Origin: a virus
Lineage: Duplodnaviria; Heunggongvirae; Uroviricota; Caudoviricetes
DNA length: 64,000 nucleotides
Direction: 5' to 3' (one strand)
Virus record (IMG/VR): IMGVR_UViG_3300021440_000001
Of this stretch, positions 44,991-56,300 are shown in pieces (the stretch's first letter is position 1; every line of letters starts with the position of its first letter). Below the pieces are notes generated by a model. That model was given only the letters and a program-made list of their open reading frames with translations. It was not told where the DNA came from and did not search any database. The position numbers and the translations under genes were made by a program.

Positions 44991-45267
44991 GTTCTTTTGC
45001 TGGCAGGATGCCTGCACTTTCGGACGTTACCCACGTCAGTACGACGTTGACTACGCTTACAAGTCCTGCGCAGACCGACGTAATAAGGTCAGCGTCAAGG
45101 TTAGCCGGGATATGGTAGCCATAGGCTTGGGCGACGTTAACTGCCGCGACAACTACACCACCGACAACGGTTGCCGAGATTTGGCCCGACTTCCACGCTC
45201 CTTTGTTTGCAACAGCCTCGCCCTTGCGGAAGAGGTCTGATATTGCTACTACTTGAATCAGATTCAT
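44980..45267 (-). CDS. small membrane protein (possible holin/antiholin partner)
   Basis: hydrophobic segments; adjacent to a holin-like gene. Confidence 0.4.
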   Translation of the reverse strand: MNLIQVVAISDLFRKGEAVANKGAWKSGQISATVVGGVVVAAVNVAQAYGYHIPANLDADLITSVCAGLVSVVNVVLTWVTSESAGILPAKEQAK

Positions 45268-45514
45268 TTGTGTGTTTCCTTTCTAGTATGCCAAGGGCAC
45301 AACGACCAGTACAGGCTGCCCTAGAGGCGATTTTAGCCACGTAACGGAGCTGGCCTTACCAGTGTCATACCTAAGCCAAGAAAGCCGCTTGGCGGGCTTC
45401 TGAGTCGCTTTTGAGCCTTGTCATAGCATTGATTAAAGATGGTAGACTCCCCCACCACGCGTCTTCACATGTGGTATAATTGAGAGAAGCCGAGTCAACT
45501 AACGCCGGCTTTGT

Positions 45515-45844
45515 TTACTTTTCTTCCTTGTCGTCAATCACGTTGCGGACAATCCTGAGCTTCATGGCTAATGCAATGAGGGCTGGAGTTCCCATGTGAG
45601 CTGCAACACCGCAGAGAACGCCGACTAGCGGACCAGAAACGCCTGCGTATTCACACCCGAAGAATGTCATCATGCCTGCAAAGGATGCAGAGCTAAGATG
45701 CGCAATCAGGTTGTACCAAGAGAACTTCTCCTTCTTCTCAAAGTAGGATACAATCCCACCCCAAAGAGAAATACCAAGAACTCCGAGGTACGTCAGGATA
45801 CCAGAATGAATGAGTTCGTTTTTTGGGTCTAAATTGTCCATCAT
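45515..45844 (-). CDS. holin-like membrane protein (109 aa, 3 predicted TM, charged C-terminus)
   Basis: TM-rich with C-terminal DDKEEK; position next to the tail fibers. Confidence 0.5.
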   Translation of the reverse strand: MMDNLDPKNELIHSGILTYLGVLGISLWGGIVSYFEKKEKFSWYNLIAHLSSASFAGMMTFFGCEYAGVSGPLVGVLCGVAAHMGTPALIALAMKLRIVRNVIDDKEEK

Positions 45845-45845
45845 G

Positions 45846-46745
45846 TTAGACCATGTAACTGCCGTTGATAAGGAGATCGCCAGACGTGGCCACTGGCAAT
45901 GCCGTTAGTGTTGGAGCAGCGGACGACTGCTGTGCCAGCGTTACAACGCCAGCACCGGAGCTGATGTATGCAACGAGTGTCCCTGTGTACGTGACATTGA
46001 TACCGATCACGCTGAGGGGTGATGTCGGAGCTGCCCCGCTCAGCGTAAATGGCAGTCCAGCGATAGTAAGGCTACCCGTGCCTGTGTGAGCCGTCCACAG
46101 CACCCGCAGGGAGAATTCAACACGATTACCAATGCGGGTGTATGTACCTGTCTGAAGCGTGTATGTTCCTGCCCCAGCCGTTGTCAGTCCAACCACTGTC
46201 GGTACGAACGTACCCTCTTGGTAGTAGTCAAGTGTGTTGACATCCGCTGACAGCGTTGTGCCGATCTTGTAGCCCGATGCACTCGTAGGTGCAGCGTTAA
46301 ACGTGATTACGTTCGTCCCACCGCCTGACGTGCCGATGTTGATATTCGTTGTTGAACCAGCAACACCACCTGTACCGATGTTGACTGTCTTTGTCGTGGC
46401 TGTTACTGTAGCGCCCGTGCCGATGTTTATCGCTGTGGTTGCCGTAGAGTTGCCTAACGTCAGCGAAGTCCCGGTGACAGTGAACGTAGCATTAGAGTAC
46501 GTCGTAGGCCCAATGAATGTTTGTGTCAGGTTGCCCAGCGTTGCTAGCTGCCCTGTAATGGCAGGCAGCGCGAACGTGTAAGTCGTAGCAGTTGGAAAGC
46601 CAGATACAGCGAACTTCGCTAGCTTTGTTGCGTCTGTAGCGTCTGCGATGCCGAACGTATTCGAGTTTGCAGTGCCGCCAGAAGACGCAGCCAGTATATT
46701 AAGTTGTTCGATGTAGTCCGTCTGCCCTATGTAGAATGTTGGCAT
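45846..46745 (-). CDS. tail fiber protein (G/T/A-rich, beta-rich repeats)
   Basis: composition TGTxTVT repeats; tail-module position. Confidence 0.55.
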   Translation of the reverse strand: MPTFYIGQTDYIEQLNILAASSGGTANSNTFGIADATDATKLAKFAVSGFPTATTYTFALPAITGQLATLGNLTQTFIGPTTYSNATFTVTGTSLTLGNSTATTAINIGTGATVTATTKTVNIGTGGVAGSTTNINIGTSGGGTNVITFNAAPTSASGYKIGTTLSADVNTLDYYQEGTFVPTVVGLTTAGAGTYTLQTGTYTRIGNRVEFSLRVLWTAHTGTGSLTIAGLPFTLSGAAPTSPLSVIGINVTYTGTLVAYISSGAGVVTLAQQSSAAPTLTALPVATSGDLLINGSYMV

Positions 46746-47629
46746 CAGATTTCCTCAATTTGTAGTGATGTCGCAAACTGGTTCATGAACTGGTATTGCA
46801 GCCCCGAAGCTCGCGTCATCTTTCCGTATAGCTGGAAGATTTGCTCTTCCATTGTGTCACTAGACTCTGGGCACAGACTAACAAACACTGGCTTGTACAT
46901 CCCGTTTCCACGGATGATATTCCACATCTGGTTACGATCAGTCGTAGGCATAAGCCCAAGATCAAAAGTGAGCGTCTTGTAAGAAGCTCCGCGATCTGTA
47001 CGAAGATCACCTGCATCGCTGCGTTCGTGTTTTGTAGTCTCGTCAACCCCCACCTTTGCACCATACCCGGTGTTTACTGAAGGCGACCAATACTGCCCTA
47101 CAACAATCTTTGCAGCTTCTACATACCCAAGAGCATTAGCCGAGTCAACTAGGTCAATGACGACCTTCTTAACCGCTGCTGGCGTCAGCCATACATCCGC
47201 GTAGGCTGATCCACCGTAAGAGTATGCGTTGACGCCGAGCGGCATCGTGCCCCAGGTTGAGCTACCAAGAGAGCTTGGAGCTGCAAGGATTGTGCCAGAG
47301 TCTGTTACTGGCGTTACATCCGCTGTGCCTGTGTAGCACCGCACGCGAATTGTTGCAGTGGATGTCAAGCTGCAAAATGGCAATGCCACTGCACTAACTA
47401 CCTCCGCTGTGTTCCAAGTCAATGTGATGGTAGCCGAAGTCGAAGTGCTTCGCCATACCTCTGATTTGATATCCGTCAGCATGTTACTAGCTGCCAGAGT
47501 TCCTGCAGTAGTTGATGCTATGAGTGTTGCTGCACGGTTTGCAGCGTTGTCGTACACAATACGCAAGTTAGCCATTATACACCATCCATTCAAAACACAA
47601 GTAGGGAGGAGACACATAGCCTCCTCCAA
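46745..47629 (-). CDS. tail fiber / tail protein (true start probably MANLRIVYDN at about 47569)
   Basis: N-terminus MANL... resembles tail-fiber adaptor N-termini; the track start is a TTG. Confidence 0.45.
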   Translation of the reverse strand: MEEAMCLLPTCVLNGWCIMANLRIVYDNAANRAATLIASTTAGTLAASNMLTDIKSEVWRSTSTSATITLTWNTAEVVSAVALPFCSLTSTATIRVRCYTGTADVTPVTDSGTILAAPSSLGSSTWGTMPLGVNAYSYGGSAYADVWLTPAAVKKVVIDLVDSANALGYVEAAKIVVGQYWSPSVNTGYGAKVGVDETTKHERSDAGDLRTDRGASYKTLTFDLGLMPTTDRNQMWNIIRGNGMYKPVFVSLCPESSDTMEEQIFQLYGKMTRASGLQYQFMNQFATSLQIEEI

Positions 47630-47654
47630 GTTACTGGTAGTTCTGTAAACTCTG

Positions 47655-47683
47655 CAGATTCATTATAGGGACAGGTGGCCTGT
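47655..47683. promoter_or_regulatory. perfect 13-bp inverted repeat TTATAGGGACAGG-CCA-CCTGTCCCTATAA in the intergenic region
   Basis: direct inspection; contains TATAAT on both strands. Confidence 0.4.
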
Positions 47684-47701
47684 CCCTATAATGGCTTCTC
47701 A

Positions 47702-50700
47702 TCAACAATTGTTCACAACTATGTGTGTGTTTGAGGTAATCTCAGAGTACGCATCCACCATAGATATTTGATCGCCGAAGGAATTGTACGCTGTAACTAC
47801 TACCTTGACATACACGTTGTGTGACGTTGTTGTCACATTGTTTATGAACAAAGGTATTGTCAGTGCCACTGTACTTCTTGAGTAGTCTGTTGACCCTATA
47901 ACTGCAGGGAATACCAAGTCTGCCATAGAGAAAGTTCCAAGATTTGTATCCACTGGGTCTGGATTGTCTACTTGGGCATACACGCTTACATTAAACCAGC
48001 TTAGAGTATTTCCTGCGGGTGGAAAAGCCTCTAGTCTGAGCCGTACAGCTGATGTCACGAACACGTTAGCTATGGATGTTGCCCCTGACGGTATTGCAAG
48101 CGTGAACGGTAGGGCATACACTCCAGTGAATGACAAAACATTCCCATGGCTTATATTCCCAGAAGAACCTACAGAAGTGCCGGCCGTAGTCAGGTCGCCA
48201 ACTGTGATCTGACTAGCGACAAGCTTGCCAACAGTAATCTTTGCGGCACTTAGGTTGCCTACTTGGGCATCACCGATAGCAGCACTAGCGATAAACGTGC
48301 TAATGTTGGTTCCGGTAATCTGGCGAGAAGAGCTGATCCCAAACCCGGGAGGGTTCCACGGCCCAGCCGCAGTTGCCATCGCCCCAACCTCTTCGAGCTG
48401 TACCCGCACAACGAACATAAACGAATCTGTGTTCGGGGACTTTGTAGCATTCTTTCTCAGGCATACCTTTACGCTGGTGCAGCCAGCGGGGGCTGTAAAA
48501 GCCTGCTGGTGGCGCTTGTAACCCGCTAATGTCTGCCCGCCATTTGATGCTTCGTCGTTGATGTCTATGCCGGCTCCGAAGCTAGCCATGTTATTTCCGG
48601 CTGCATCAAAAGCATATACAAACACGTCTACGCTACAACGAAGCGCCCCTGTGTACGCACTTACTGCGTACCTTTTGCCAGCCACAACAATAATAGGATC
48701 GCTCTGAATTTCAAAGTATCCGGTTGTCGTGCTATTAGGTTGTTGCACATGGAGTGTCGTTGTTCCCTCTCCGATGCCTGCGTTCAATGTCCGTGCAGCG
48801 CCCGCCATAACGACGTGGCTGGAGTTACAGTAGTCGTAGGCGGCAGCAAACGGGTTGCTAGATACTGTCCAACCTTGCAAGCCGTGACTGAAGTCAGCAT
48901 TATAACACACGTTTCCAGCAAAGGCAATAACGTCGTTACTGACTGCCGTACCAGCTCCGGAAGCTACGCCCTGAATCTTACCCGCTGTATCTACGGATGT
49001 CGTATTTGCGTCAAGAGTACCCGTATACGCGTTTCTGTCTAGGTCTTGAACCCATGCGCCCCACGTAGTAGCGTCTCCAGCCGGGTCTGCTGAATATCTG
49101 CGCCAAGTTGTTGTGCCCTGATAGCCATACTGATATACGCCACCGCTCGCCGCCGTTGTAGCCTGCTTGGTAGTTTCTAGCGTACAGAATGCCCCGTTCA
49201 AGCTATTCAGGCCGACGTTGGTCGCCGTCTTGAGTTGCTTAGTCATTCCGTATGGGTACTCGCTGGGCGCGTCGTTTCTGGTTCTCGCCCCAAAGACTCC
49301 CGTAGCGGCCCCCAAATCAATAGTCGGCAGTGCAGTGACTTGCCCACCACCGGCACCGGAGAGTACCCCGGTAGAACTAATGGAGATTGCATTGTTCTGG
49401 AATGCTGACGGTGCAAAGAACTTGACAAGAGGATATTCAGAGCCGTCAACACTCTGCAGGAGAGGTTGCCCAAATTGAAGGGTAACATTCTGCGTGAAAG
49501 CTGTTGAACGATACAAGCCCTGGCGAGCAGCGAAGACCGTAGCTGAAGATGCCCAGCAAAAATTAGTGCCATTTACGATTTTGGCACCAGTCAATGCATC
49601 ATATATACCAGCGTCTGTGCTTGTCATGCCTGATGATCCAGCGGGATACACGTACCCTACAGCAATACCCCAGCGGTCTTGCGTAAGTCCGGCTAGTGAT
49701 GTTGCAGCAAAATATGCATTATTGCTTAGCGTGGAGGTGTTAAGGTCACAGACGTTAGAGTCAAACTGCTGGACTCCGATATATGCGAAGCCAGAGTCTA
49801 TATTAGCACCTACGCGCTTAACAGGGATGATGTAGCGATACGTCTTAGCCGGGTCAATAGTGATCCTGCGGGTGAGTGGGCCGCCTTGCCAATTGGCTTG
49901 ACCTATTGTGCTGGTAACTTGCCACACACGTTGCTGACTACCATCACTTCCAACAGCCATTAGCTGGGTTTGCGTTCCAGCCGTTCCATAGGCTGTCCAA
50001 CCATCTACGCCGACAGCCCAGCGCGAGGGGTCCACCATGTTCTTGCGAAGAGCTTCTTGGGCGAATCCAAACCCCTGCTGGTCAGCTAGGTTAGTAATCA
50101 ACAGCGGCGAGCCTGCGGCGAGAATGACATTGCCAGAGGCGTCTTTGATACTGAGTCCACGGGAGTCAATCTTTGTCGCTGTAAGCGACCCGTCAACGAC
50201 GACAGAGGCGTCGATAGCGTCAACAAGGCGAAGGTTTTGGCAGGCATGCGTGACGAGGTTTGAGCCGACCTGACTGTACTGCATCCATATACCGACTCGA
50301 ATGTATGCAACATTCACCGGTATCAACCGCGCGGCTACCCCCGCACCAAACTGTCCACCACACTCTACCCACTGGTTTTGAGGCGACACGAGCCCCCCGA
50401 AGACGTATCCAGAGTACAAACCACCCCAGCCCGTAGAGCCCACTTCAGTACCCGCTGCCGTGAACATCCGGACATACAGATACATATTTCGATCAGAGCC
50501 TGTCCCGGAGAACAGGTTAGCTGTCAACTTGTAAGTCTTGGAAGGATTGATCTGAATATTTCGGCTCTCTGCACGGGAGTCTAGAGTTGTGGAGTCAATA
50601 TAGAGGCTTCCAGCCGCGCCTGTGGCAGTTGTGTTGCTCTTGTATGCCACCGCGCCGGTCGTGACAGTCCACGCCGCAGGATCAGAGAACGCTGGGTCAT

Positions 50701-51838
50701 CATTAAGTGCGCTACCCTTGCCGGTTACCTTCAGTTTATCTGTAGTTACTTCGTTTGCACCAATTTTGCCAGCCGTGACGGCATTTGCCGCCAGGGCTGC
50801 TGTACCAACCGTTCCAGATACCAAAAGGTTCCCGTCAACAACTGTATTAACAAGAACCCATGCAGTACCGTTCCAGAACTTTGTCTGTGAAAAGCTGACA
50901 GAGTTGTTGTACTGAACAACAAAGTCATTCATAATAGGCCCGCCGTTAGACGTAGCCGTGGTGGTGGCCAGAGTATCGCTGTATGTGTTTGTACCGCCAG
51001 AGAGGGCGACGTAGAAGGTCTGCGAACCTCGGGCACCGGCTGTGCCTGTGGCGCCAGCAGCGCCCGGGGCACCGGCAGCCCCAGCATTCGCCTTCGACAC
51101 TGTGAAAATCTTGTCTATGGTCGATGTGCCGAAGGTTGCACGGAACGTAAGCGTTGTCACGTTCTTTGCCGTAGGATACCCTCCTGTCACAGAGAATGCA
51201 CCAGCACTTGCGCCTGCTGCAGTTAAGGTGTACGTCAGGTTATCAGGGTTTCCGCCAGCCACCAAGGCGAACGTGCAGACAGTTGTGACTTCAGTGGTTC
51301 CTTGAAATACCTTGAAGTTTCCGCCAGCCCCTGCGTAGTTTGTAACGCTGCCCGAGCTGTCTCCGGGCAGGGTGTGGGACTCGTTTGTCAGGAACCCCGA
51401 AATGGAGTCAATACCTTCACGAACCCTAACAACAGTTAAGTCGTCGGAGTATGTCACGCTGTTCTCCACCAGCGTAAGGCGCAGGGTAACAGCGTCCGAC
51501 GTAAGCTGGGCGGGCGTGAACGTGAATACACCGGCCGTGAGAGCTGGGACAACCGACATTGTGCCGCTACCTGCGACAATTGTCAGTGTAGGTGTAGTAG
51601 TCAAATTGCGCACGTTTGCCGTCACTGTGATTGACGCAGGCGTAGTGCTCCCCGCCTTGGGGACTTGGAAAATCTGGGAAGTTGAAGACAGCCAGATTTG
51701 CTTAGTACCAGCAACGATAAGGCCGAGCCCAGTCACATTCGACTGGTCTACCTGAATGTTACTGGCCATAGTGACAAGGTTCAGACGTTGGTTCGCTAGC
51801 GAGAGCTGCACGTCTCGCGCATTGACTACTGTTACCAT
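47702..51838 (-). CDS. central tail fiber / host-specificity (Tal/J-like) protein, 1378 aa
   Basis: size, position after a Dit-like gene, T/S/G/A-rich beta repeats. Confidence 0.6.
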   Translation of the reverse strand: MVTVVNARDVQLSLANQRLNLVTMASNIQVDQSNVTGLGLIVAGTKQIWLSSTSQIFQVPKAGSTTPASITVTANVRNLTTTPTLTIVAGSGTMSVVPALTAGVFTFTPAQLTSDAVTLRLTLVENSVTYSDDLTVVRVREGIDSISGFLTNESHTLPGDSSGSVTNYAGAGGNFKVFQGTTEVTTVCTFALVAGGNPDNLTYTLTAAGASAGAFSVTGGYPTAKNVTTLTFRATFGTSTIDKIFTVSKANAGAAGAPGAAGATGTAGARGSQTFYVALSGGTNTYSDTLATTTATSNGGPIMNDFVVQYNNSVSFSQTKFWNGTAWVLVNTVVDGNLLVSGTVGTAALAANAVTAGKIGANEVTTDKLKVTGKGSALNDDPAFSDPAAWTVTTGAVAYKSNTTATGAAGSLYIDSTTLDSRAESRNIQINPSKTYKLTANLFSGTGSDRNMYLYVRMFTAAGTEVGSTGWGGLYSGYVFGGLVSPQNQWVECGGQFGAGVAARLIPVNVAYIRVGIWMQYSQVGSNLVTHACQNLRLVDAIDASVVVDGSLTATKIDSRGLSIKDASGNVILAAGSPLLITNLADQQGFGFAQEALRKNMVDPSRWAVGVDGWTAYGTAGTQTQLMAVGSDGSQQRVWQVTSTIGQANWQGGPLTRRITIDPAKTYRYIIPVKRVGANIDSGFAYIGVQQFDSNVCDLNTSTLSNNAYFAATSLAGLTQDRWGIAVGYVYPAGSSGMTSTDAGIYDALTGAKIVNGTNFCWASSATVFAARQGLYRSTAFTQNVTLQFGQPLLQSVDGSEYPLVKFFAPSAFQNNAISISSTGVLSGAGGGQVTALPTIDLGAATGVFGARTRNDAPSEYPYGMTKQLKTATNVGLNSLNGAFCTLETTKQATTAASGGVYQYGYQGTTTWRRYSADPAGDATTWGAWVQDLDRNAYTGTLDANTTSVDTAGKIQGVASGAGTAVSNDVIAFAGNVCYNADFSHGLQGWTVSSNPFAAAYDYCNSSHVVMAGAARTLNAGIGEGTTTLHVQQPNSTTTGYFEIQSDPIIVVAGKRYAVSAYTGALRCSVDVFVYAFDAAGNNMASFGAGIDINDEASNGGQTLAGYKRHQQAFTAPAGCTSVKVCLRKNATKSPNTDSFMFVVRVQLEEVGAMATAAGPWNPPGFGISSSRQITGTNISTFIASAAIGDAQVGNLSAAKITVGKLVASQITVGDLTTAGTSVGSSGNISHGNVLSFTGVYALPFTLAIPSGATSIANVFVTSAVRLRLEAFPPAGNTLSWFNVSVYAQVDNPDPVDTNLGTFSMADLVFPAVIGSTDYSRSTVALTIPLFINNVTTTSHNVYVKVVVTAYNSFGDQISMVDAYSEITSNTHIVVNNC

Positions 51839-53307
51839 TAGATTAACACCTCAAAGTCTACTTTCGGGCTGATCCAATCTTTTGTGATCGAGATAATCTG
51901 CCCTGTTTTACCGCTTGATAGCCCGAAACGGCTGTGCCTGATTGTTTGACTATTACCGAGTTCTTCTTGAATCAACGAGTAATATCCTGTGTATTTGTAC
52001 ACCCTGCGCTGTACGTTGAACATATTCAAACGCCTCAGTGCCTCTGTGGTGGCGTCCGACGCTGTGAGAAGCAAAGTCTCAATCATTGTAGGCTCGGTGT
52101 ACAGATTGTAGTTTGCCGCTGCTGCGGTATCTGCCCGAGTAACTGTTAGCCACTCCTCTGCGTATAGCGCAATATGCGCCGCAGGGATGCCAGTTTCAAG
52201 ATTACTCTGAACTGTCCAGTTCTTGCAGTATCCTAGCTTTACACTCGCAACCACGGGAACCAGTTGTGAAACTTCAAGTGAACGCTCAACCATGTCTGCC
52301 GAGGTTACTGTCGTTCCCGCACTACCTTGAGGTAGCGTAAGTTTTACAATAGACATCAACCCGGCCTGAGACATTACGAGCCTTGCCCCGACACTCGACG
52401 CCACCTTATTACAAGCTTCAAGTACGTTTGTTCTGTCCTTCATGTACAGCCCGATTGGCGACGTGTTGGCCGTTGCAAATGCATACAGCTTAGCTGTGTC
52501 TAGGTCAGCCGTCGTAAACCTCTGAGTAGCACTTCCAAAGCCCGTTACAAGCCGTTGGACTATGCCAGCCACGTCATTCACATACGTCGTATTCTTGTCA
52601 CCTTGCACACTGCATGTGAGCGTCCCTACTGGCGGACTGGTCAGTCGGAACTTTCCCGTAGCCAAGAACGGAGTGATCGGCACAGGCACACCGTTGTCAC
52701 GAACTTCGATGATGCTCTCGATAGGTCCGTTGTGGACTTGGTACTCATACAGCGCCGCATCAACCAATACGGGTGTGATGTTGTGGCACTCCCCAAAGCA
52801 TATGGGGATGAGGTTATCAGCCAGCGACGAGGTGCCGCCGATTTTTGTTTCTGAAACTGGAGTGTTCAGTCTCTGAAGTTTGTCGCTAATCTTGATATTG
52901 ATTCTTGTACGTGACCTAGTATCAATACCTGTCGTAATTCCGTTGAAGATTTGCCTGAAGTCTGATCGCAGCCAAGACACGTCTCCTACGAAAATTTTAA
53001 GCTGCCTGTTGCTCCAATAATCATCCAGCCAACTGTCTAGTGAGCCATCGATATTGTTCAGTTCAATATCGCCGAAACTGAGTGACACATCGCCGGCCAG
53101 AGCTAGCGATTGAGTGTATTTGATTCCGCCTACTACCAAGGGACTGTAGAGGGTGTTGGCAGGGGTGTCTGACGGTCCAGTCACATACCCCCGATTAGAG
53201 AGGTAACGTGTTACCACGCTACCGCCCGCCTTCACATCTACTTCCACAAGGATACAGCGAATTGCAGCGGGGTTGTCTAGCCACGCTGCGAATTCTTGAT
53301 CCGTCAT
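51838..53307 (-). CDS. distal tail (Dit-like) protein, 489 aa
   Basis: position immediately after the tape measure; start overlaps the upstream stop. Confidence 0.45.
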   Translation of the reverse strand: MTDQEFAAWLDNPAAIRCILVEVDVKAGGSVVTRYLSNRGYVTGPSDTPANTLYSPLVVGGIKYTQSLALAGDVSLSFGDIELNNIDGSLDSWLDDYWSNRQLKIFVGDVSWLRSDFRQIFNGITTGIDTRSRTRINIKISDKLQRLNTPVSETKIGGTSSLADNLIPICFGECHNITPVLVDAALYEYQVHNGPIESIIEVRDNGVPVPITPFLATGKFRLTSPPVGTLTCSVQGDKNTTYVNDVAGIVQRLVTGFGSATQRFTTADLDTAKLYAFATANTSPIGLYMKDRTNVLEACNKVASSVGARLVMSQAGLMSIVKLTLPQGSAGTTVTSADMVERSLEVSQLVPVVASVKLGYCKNWTVQSNLETGIPAAHIALYAEEWLTVTRADTAAAANYNLYTEPTMIETLLLTASDATTEALRRLNMFNVQRRVYKYTGYYSLIQEELGNSQTIRHSRFGLSSGKTGQIISITKDWISPKVDFEVLI

Positions 53308-56300
53308 GAGAGAGTTACCTTAGCCCTTTCAGCATAAGAGTTTGCACCAACAGCGTCCATCGTACCTTCCACGACAGCCTGAGCATTACGCTCTTGGGCA
53401 TCGTAGTTGGCTGCAATGAGCTGACCAGTCTGTTCGCGTTGACCTTCCCGAAGGCTCTGAACCTCTTGGCGCAGGGCCTTGATTTCAGACACAAGAGCTT
53501 CGTCAGACTTCCGACCGTACTGAGCGTAGTCCATTTGATATGCCTTGTTTTCAGATGCCGTAAGCACTGCTTCGCCTTGGTGAAGTTCTGCAACATAGCC
53601 ATCAAATGGGACATACGAAAGCCCGTTTGCGTGGGAGCCATTAATGGTTGATGCCACAACACCCATGCCAACAACAGTCCGCAGCTTTTCAATTGCTTGA
53701 GCAACTGTGAGGATGCTTTCGTTGATCGTGATAAGCCCGTTGACTTGCTTGTTCAAGGCATCAAGACTCTGCTGCTGGACAGTTGCCCGGCCTGCTGTGC
53801 TGGCTTCGAGTGCCGTCGTTTCTGCAAGTACGCGATTAAAGTCTACCGTGTATTGGTTGCCAGAGGCAAACATACTGCGCGACATCTTCAGGAACTCTGT
53901 TGCTACGCTTTCAAAGTTCGAGATTGCAGTTTGGTCCCCAGCCTTGGCTCGCTTTGAAACTTCGTCGTATCTTGCCAGCCCTGTAAGGTACTTTTCAGTG
54001 CCAGACAGCGGTGACATATCTCCGGTGATGAGGGATGATTTAAAGTCTCCGAGAGACTTTGAGAAGTCCAAGAACTTGTCACGAAGGTTCGTGATAGACT
54101 CAGCTTCCTTGTCATACGCAGTACGGAGATTGTCTCTGGCAGTAGATACAGCAGCATCAGCGGCGGTTGCCAGTTCAGCAAATGCTCCCGAGAGGGTGAG
54201 CACCTTGATCGCAAGGGCTTCCCCTTCAGAGCCAGAGGCGTTGAGCTGGTCAATCAGGGAGCGGAAACCCACTCTCGTGATTGGCATTTCAACACCGAGC
54301 TTCTCAAACTCAATACGAAGCTTGGAGAGCTTAGATGCGTTCCGTTCTGCTTCACTGAAGAACCCTTCACTATATGCGTCGAGGGCACTAATCAGTCTTT
54401 GCAGGCCACCAGCAGCTCGAATCAGGTCACGGTCGAGGTCAGAGCCAAGACCGACCGCATTAAGCTTATCGCGTGCGCTTACGAGGTCTTTGTACAGGGC
54501 TACCATGTCTTCAACAGACCCTGAGAAGTCGTTGATGATTTCACCGATTCCGTTTGCTACCTGATTTTGGAACTCTAGAACATGTCCGAAGATATTGGTA
54601 GTAAAGTCTCGCAGCTCAGACTCTTGCTTCACAAGGCTTTGGCGCACAATCTCAGTAGCAACGTCGCCCTGCTTATTAATTATCGATGAAAAATCGACGG
54701 CTGCAATGCCAAGATTTTCAAGCTGAAACTTCGCTGCCTCTACGCCCGCTGCAACTCGAATAAGGGTTTCAAGGTATCCTTTACCGACCTTCTGGAACTC
54801 CTCAAGACCAGGAATGGCAGCCTTAGCGATTCTATCGCCGGCAGCACTGAAAACCGCGCCCAGCGTTTCCTTGATTTGTTCAGCCGACAATCCGTCAAGC
54901 TTAATCTTGCCGATGTCAACAACAAATCCACGCAAGCGTGCTTCGATGTCACTAAGAGGTGTTCCGAGGGATTCTCCAGCACCAGAAACAGCGTCGTTGA
55001 ACCCACGGAAAATCTTCGTGAACTGGTCAGACGTTTCAGCCCCAGCTTGGCCGTAGGCAGTAGAATTGCTGGTAGATGTCGTGATACCAAACACCTTATT
55101 CTTCTTCTCAATGTCTGCGTACACTTGAGCATTATATCCCCTGGATAGAATGCTGTCAAGGTTCTGTGCGCCGCCGTATAGTCCTTGACCCTTAACAGAG
55201 GTATTTGTCCCAAAGAGGCCTGCAATTTTCGTACCAACCATGCCGGACAGCATGTCGCCCATGCTGGCAAGAAAGTCTCCAACCCCAGCAATAGCGTTTC
55301 CAATCACGCTGCGCTCAAAACCAACATCAATACCCGCCTGCCCGAGATCAATACCCGCTCCGCGTGCAACAAGGTTAGCCAGTCCACCCATGCTCGCATC
55401 GATAGACCTCAGGCTCGCAGCCATCTGTGCCGAGTAGCGCATGGTTGTTGTATCAACGGCTTCAAGGGCTGAAATTGAGTTCTCGATACTCTTACTGGCA
55501 GCCCCTGGGGAGCCAAATACAGTACCAGTTCCAGTGTTTCCTTGGTCAACCGAACCCCCGCCCCCGCCACTAACCGCCACACCGATGGCCGCTAGCATAG
55601 CTGCAACCATGGCAAAAGCAGGGATGTTTTCAGGGAATGGTGCAGCTAATGCACTAGTCAACGCAGTGATTGCATTTGCACCCTGTTTTGCCGCTTCAGC
55701 TAAGAGGTGTGGCCCTACGGACCCCTCTTCAGCCGCAGTTTCAGTAGCCTTTGACGTAACAAACAAAGTTGTGAATGCTTCAAGGAGTCCAGACTTCTCT
55801 ACGAACGACTTGACAGCCATGGCAATTTCAAAAGCACGGAAAGTCTTTTCCGCAGCTTCGAGTGCCTTATATCCACGAGAGCCTTCAGCGAAGTACCCCT
55901 TTGCAGCCCCTGCCATATCTCCGTAAGACTTGATTCGAGCTTCGGCTTCAAACTCCGCAGCTTCCTTCGTCATCTTGGCCTTCTTGGTCGGGTCAGTTTC
56001 ATTGTTAACGAGTTCCCAAGCCTTCTTGACAGTGCTCATGCGTGCTTCATACTTGTCAAAAGCATTCATCAGCGCACCAACAGCCTTGAGACCCTTACCC
56101 ATCCCGTTTGCTAGGGCATCGCCGAACTTTTCGGCTCGCTTCGGGTCTAGCAGCTTATTAAACTCTGCCTCGACTTGGAGGGAGCCAAGCGTACCAGCCG
56201 CTGCGGCAATCCGCTCACGCATGGTCAGTTGAGCCTGAAGAGTCTCCACCAACTTTTGCTCAGCCTGTGACAACGGCCCAGCATTTAGCATCGCTGCAAT

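Noticed and set aside
45468-45526. Possible plus-strand mini-transcript (extended -10 TGgTATAAT, 6-bp hairpin, U-tract) antisense to the holin 3' end
   Set aside because: Short 6-bp stem with a 13-nt loop, and no -35. The evidence is too weak to call an sRNA.
46303-46581. Plus-strand ORFs inside tail-fiber genes (also 48225-48529, 49167-49478, 50622-50915, 51042-51305)
   Set aside because: Shadow frames of G/T/A-rich fiber genes.
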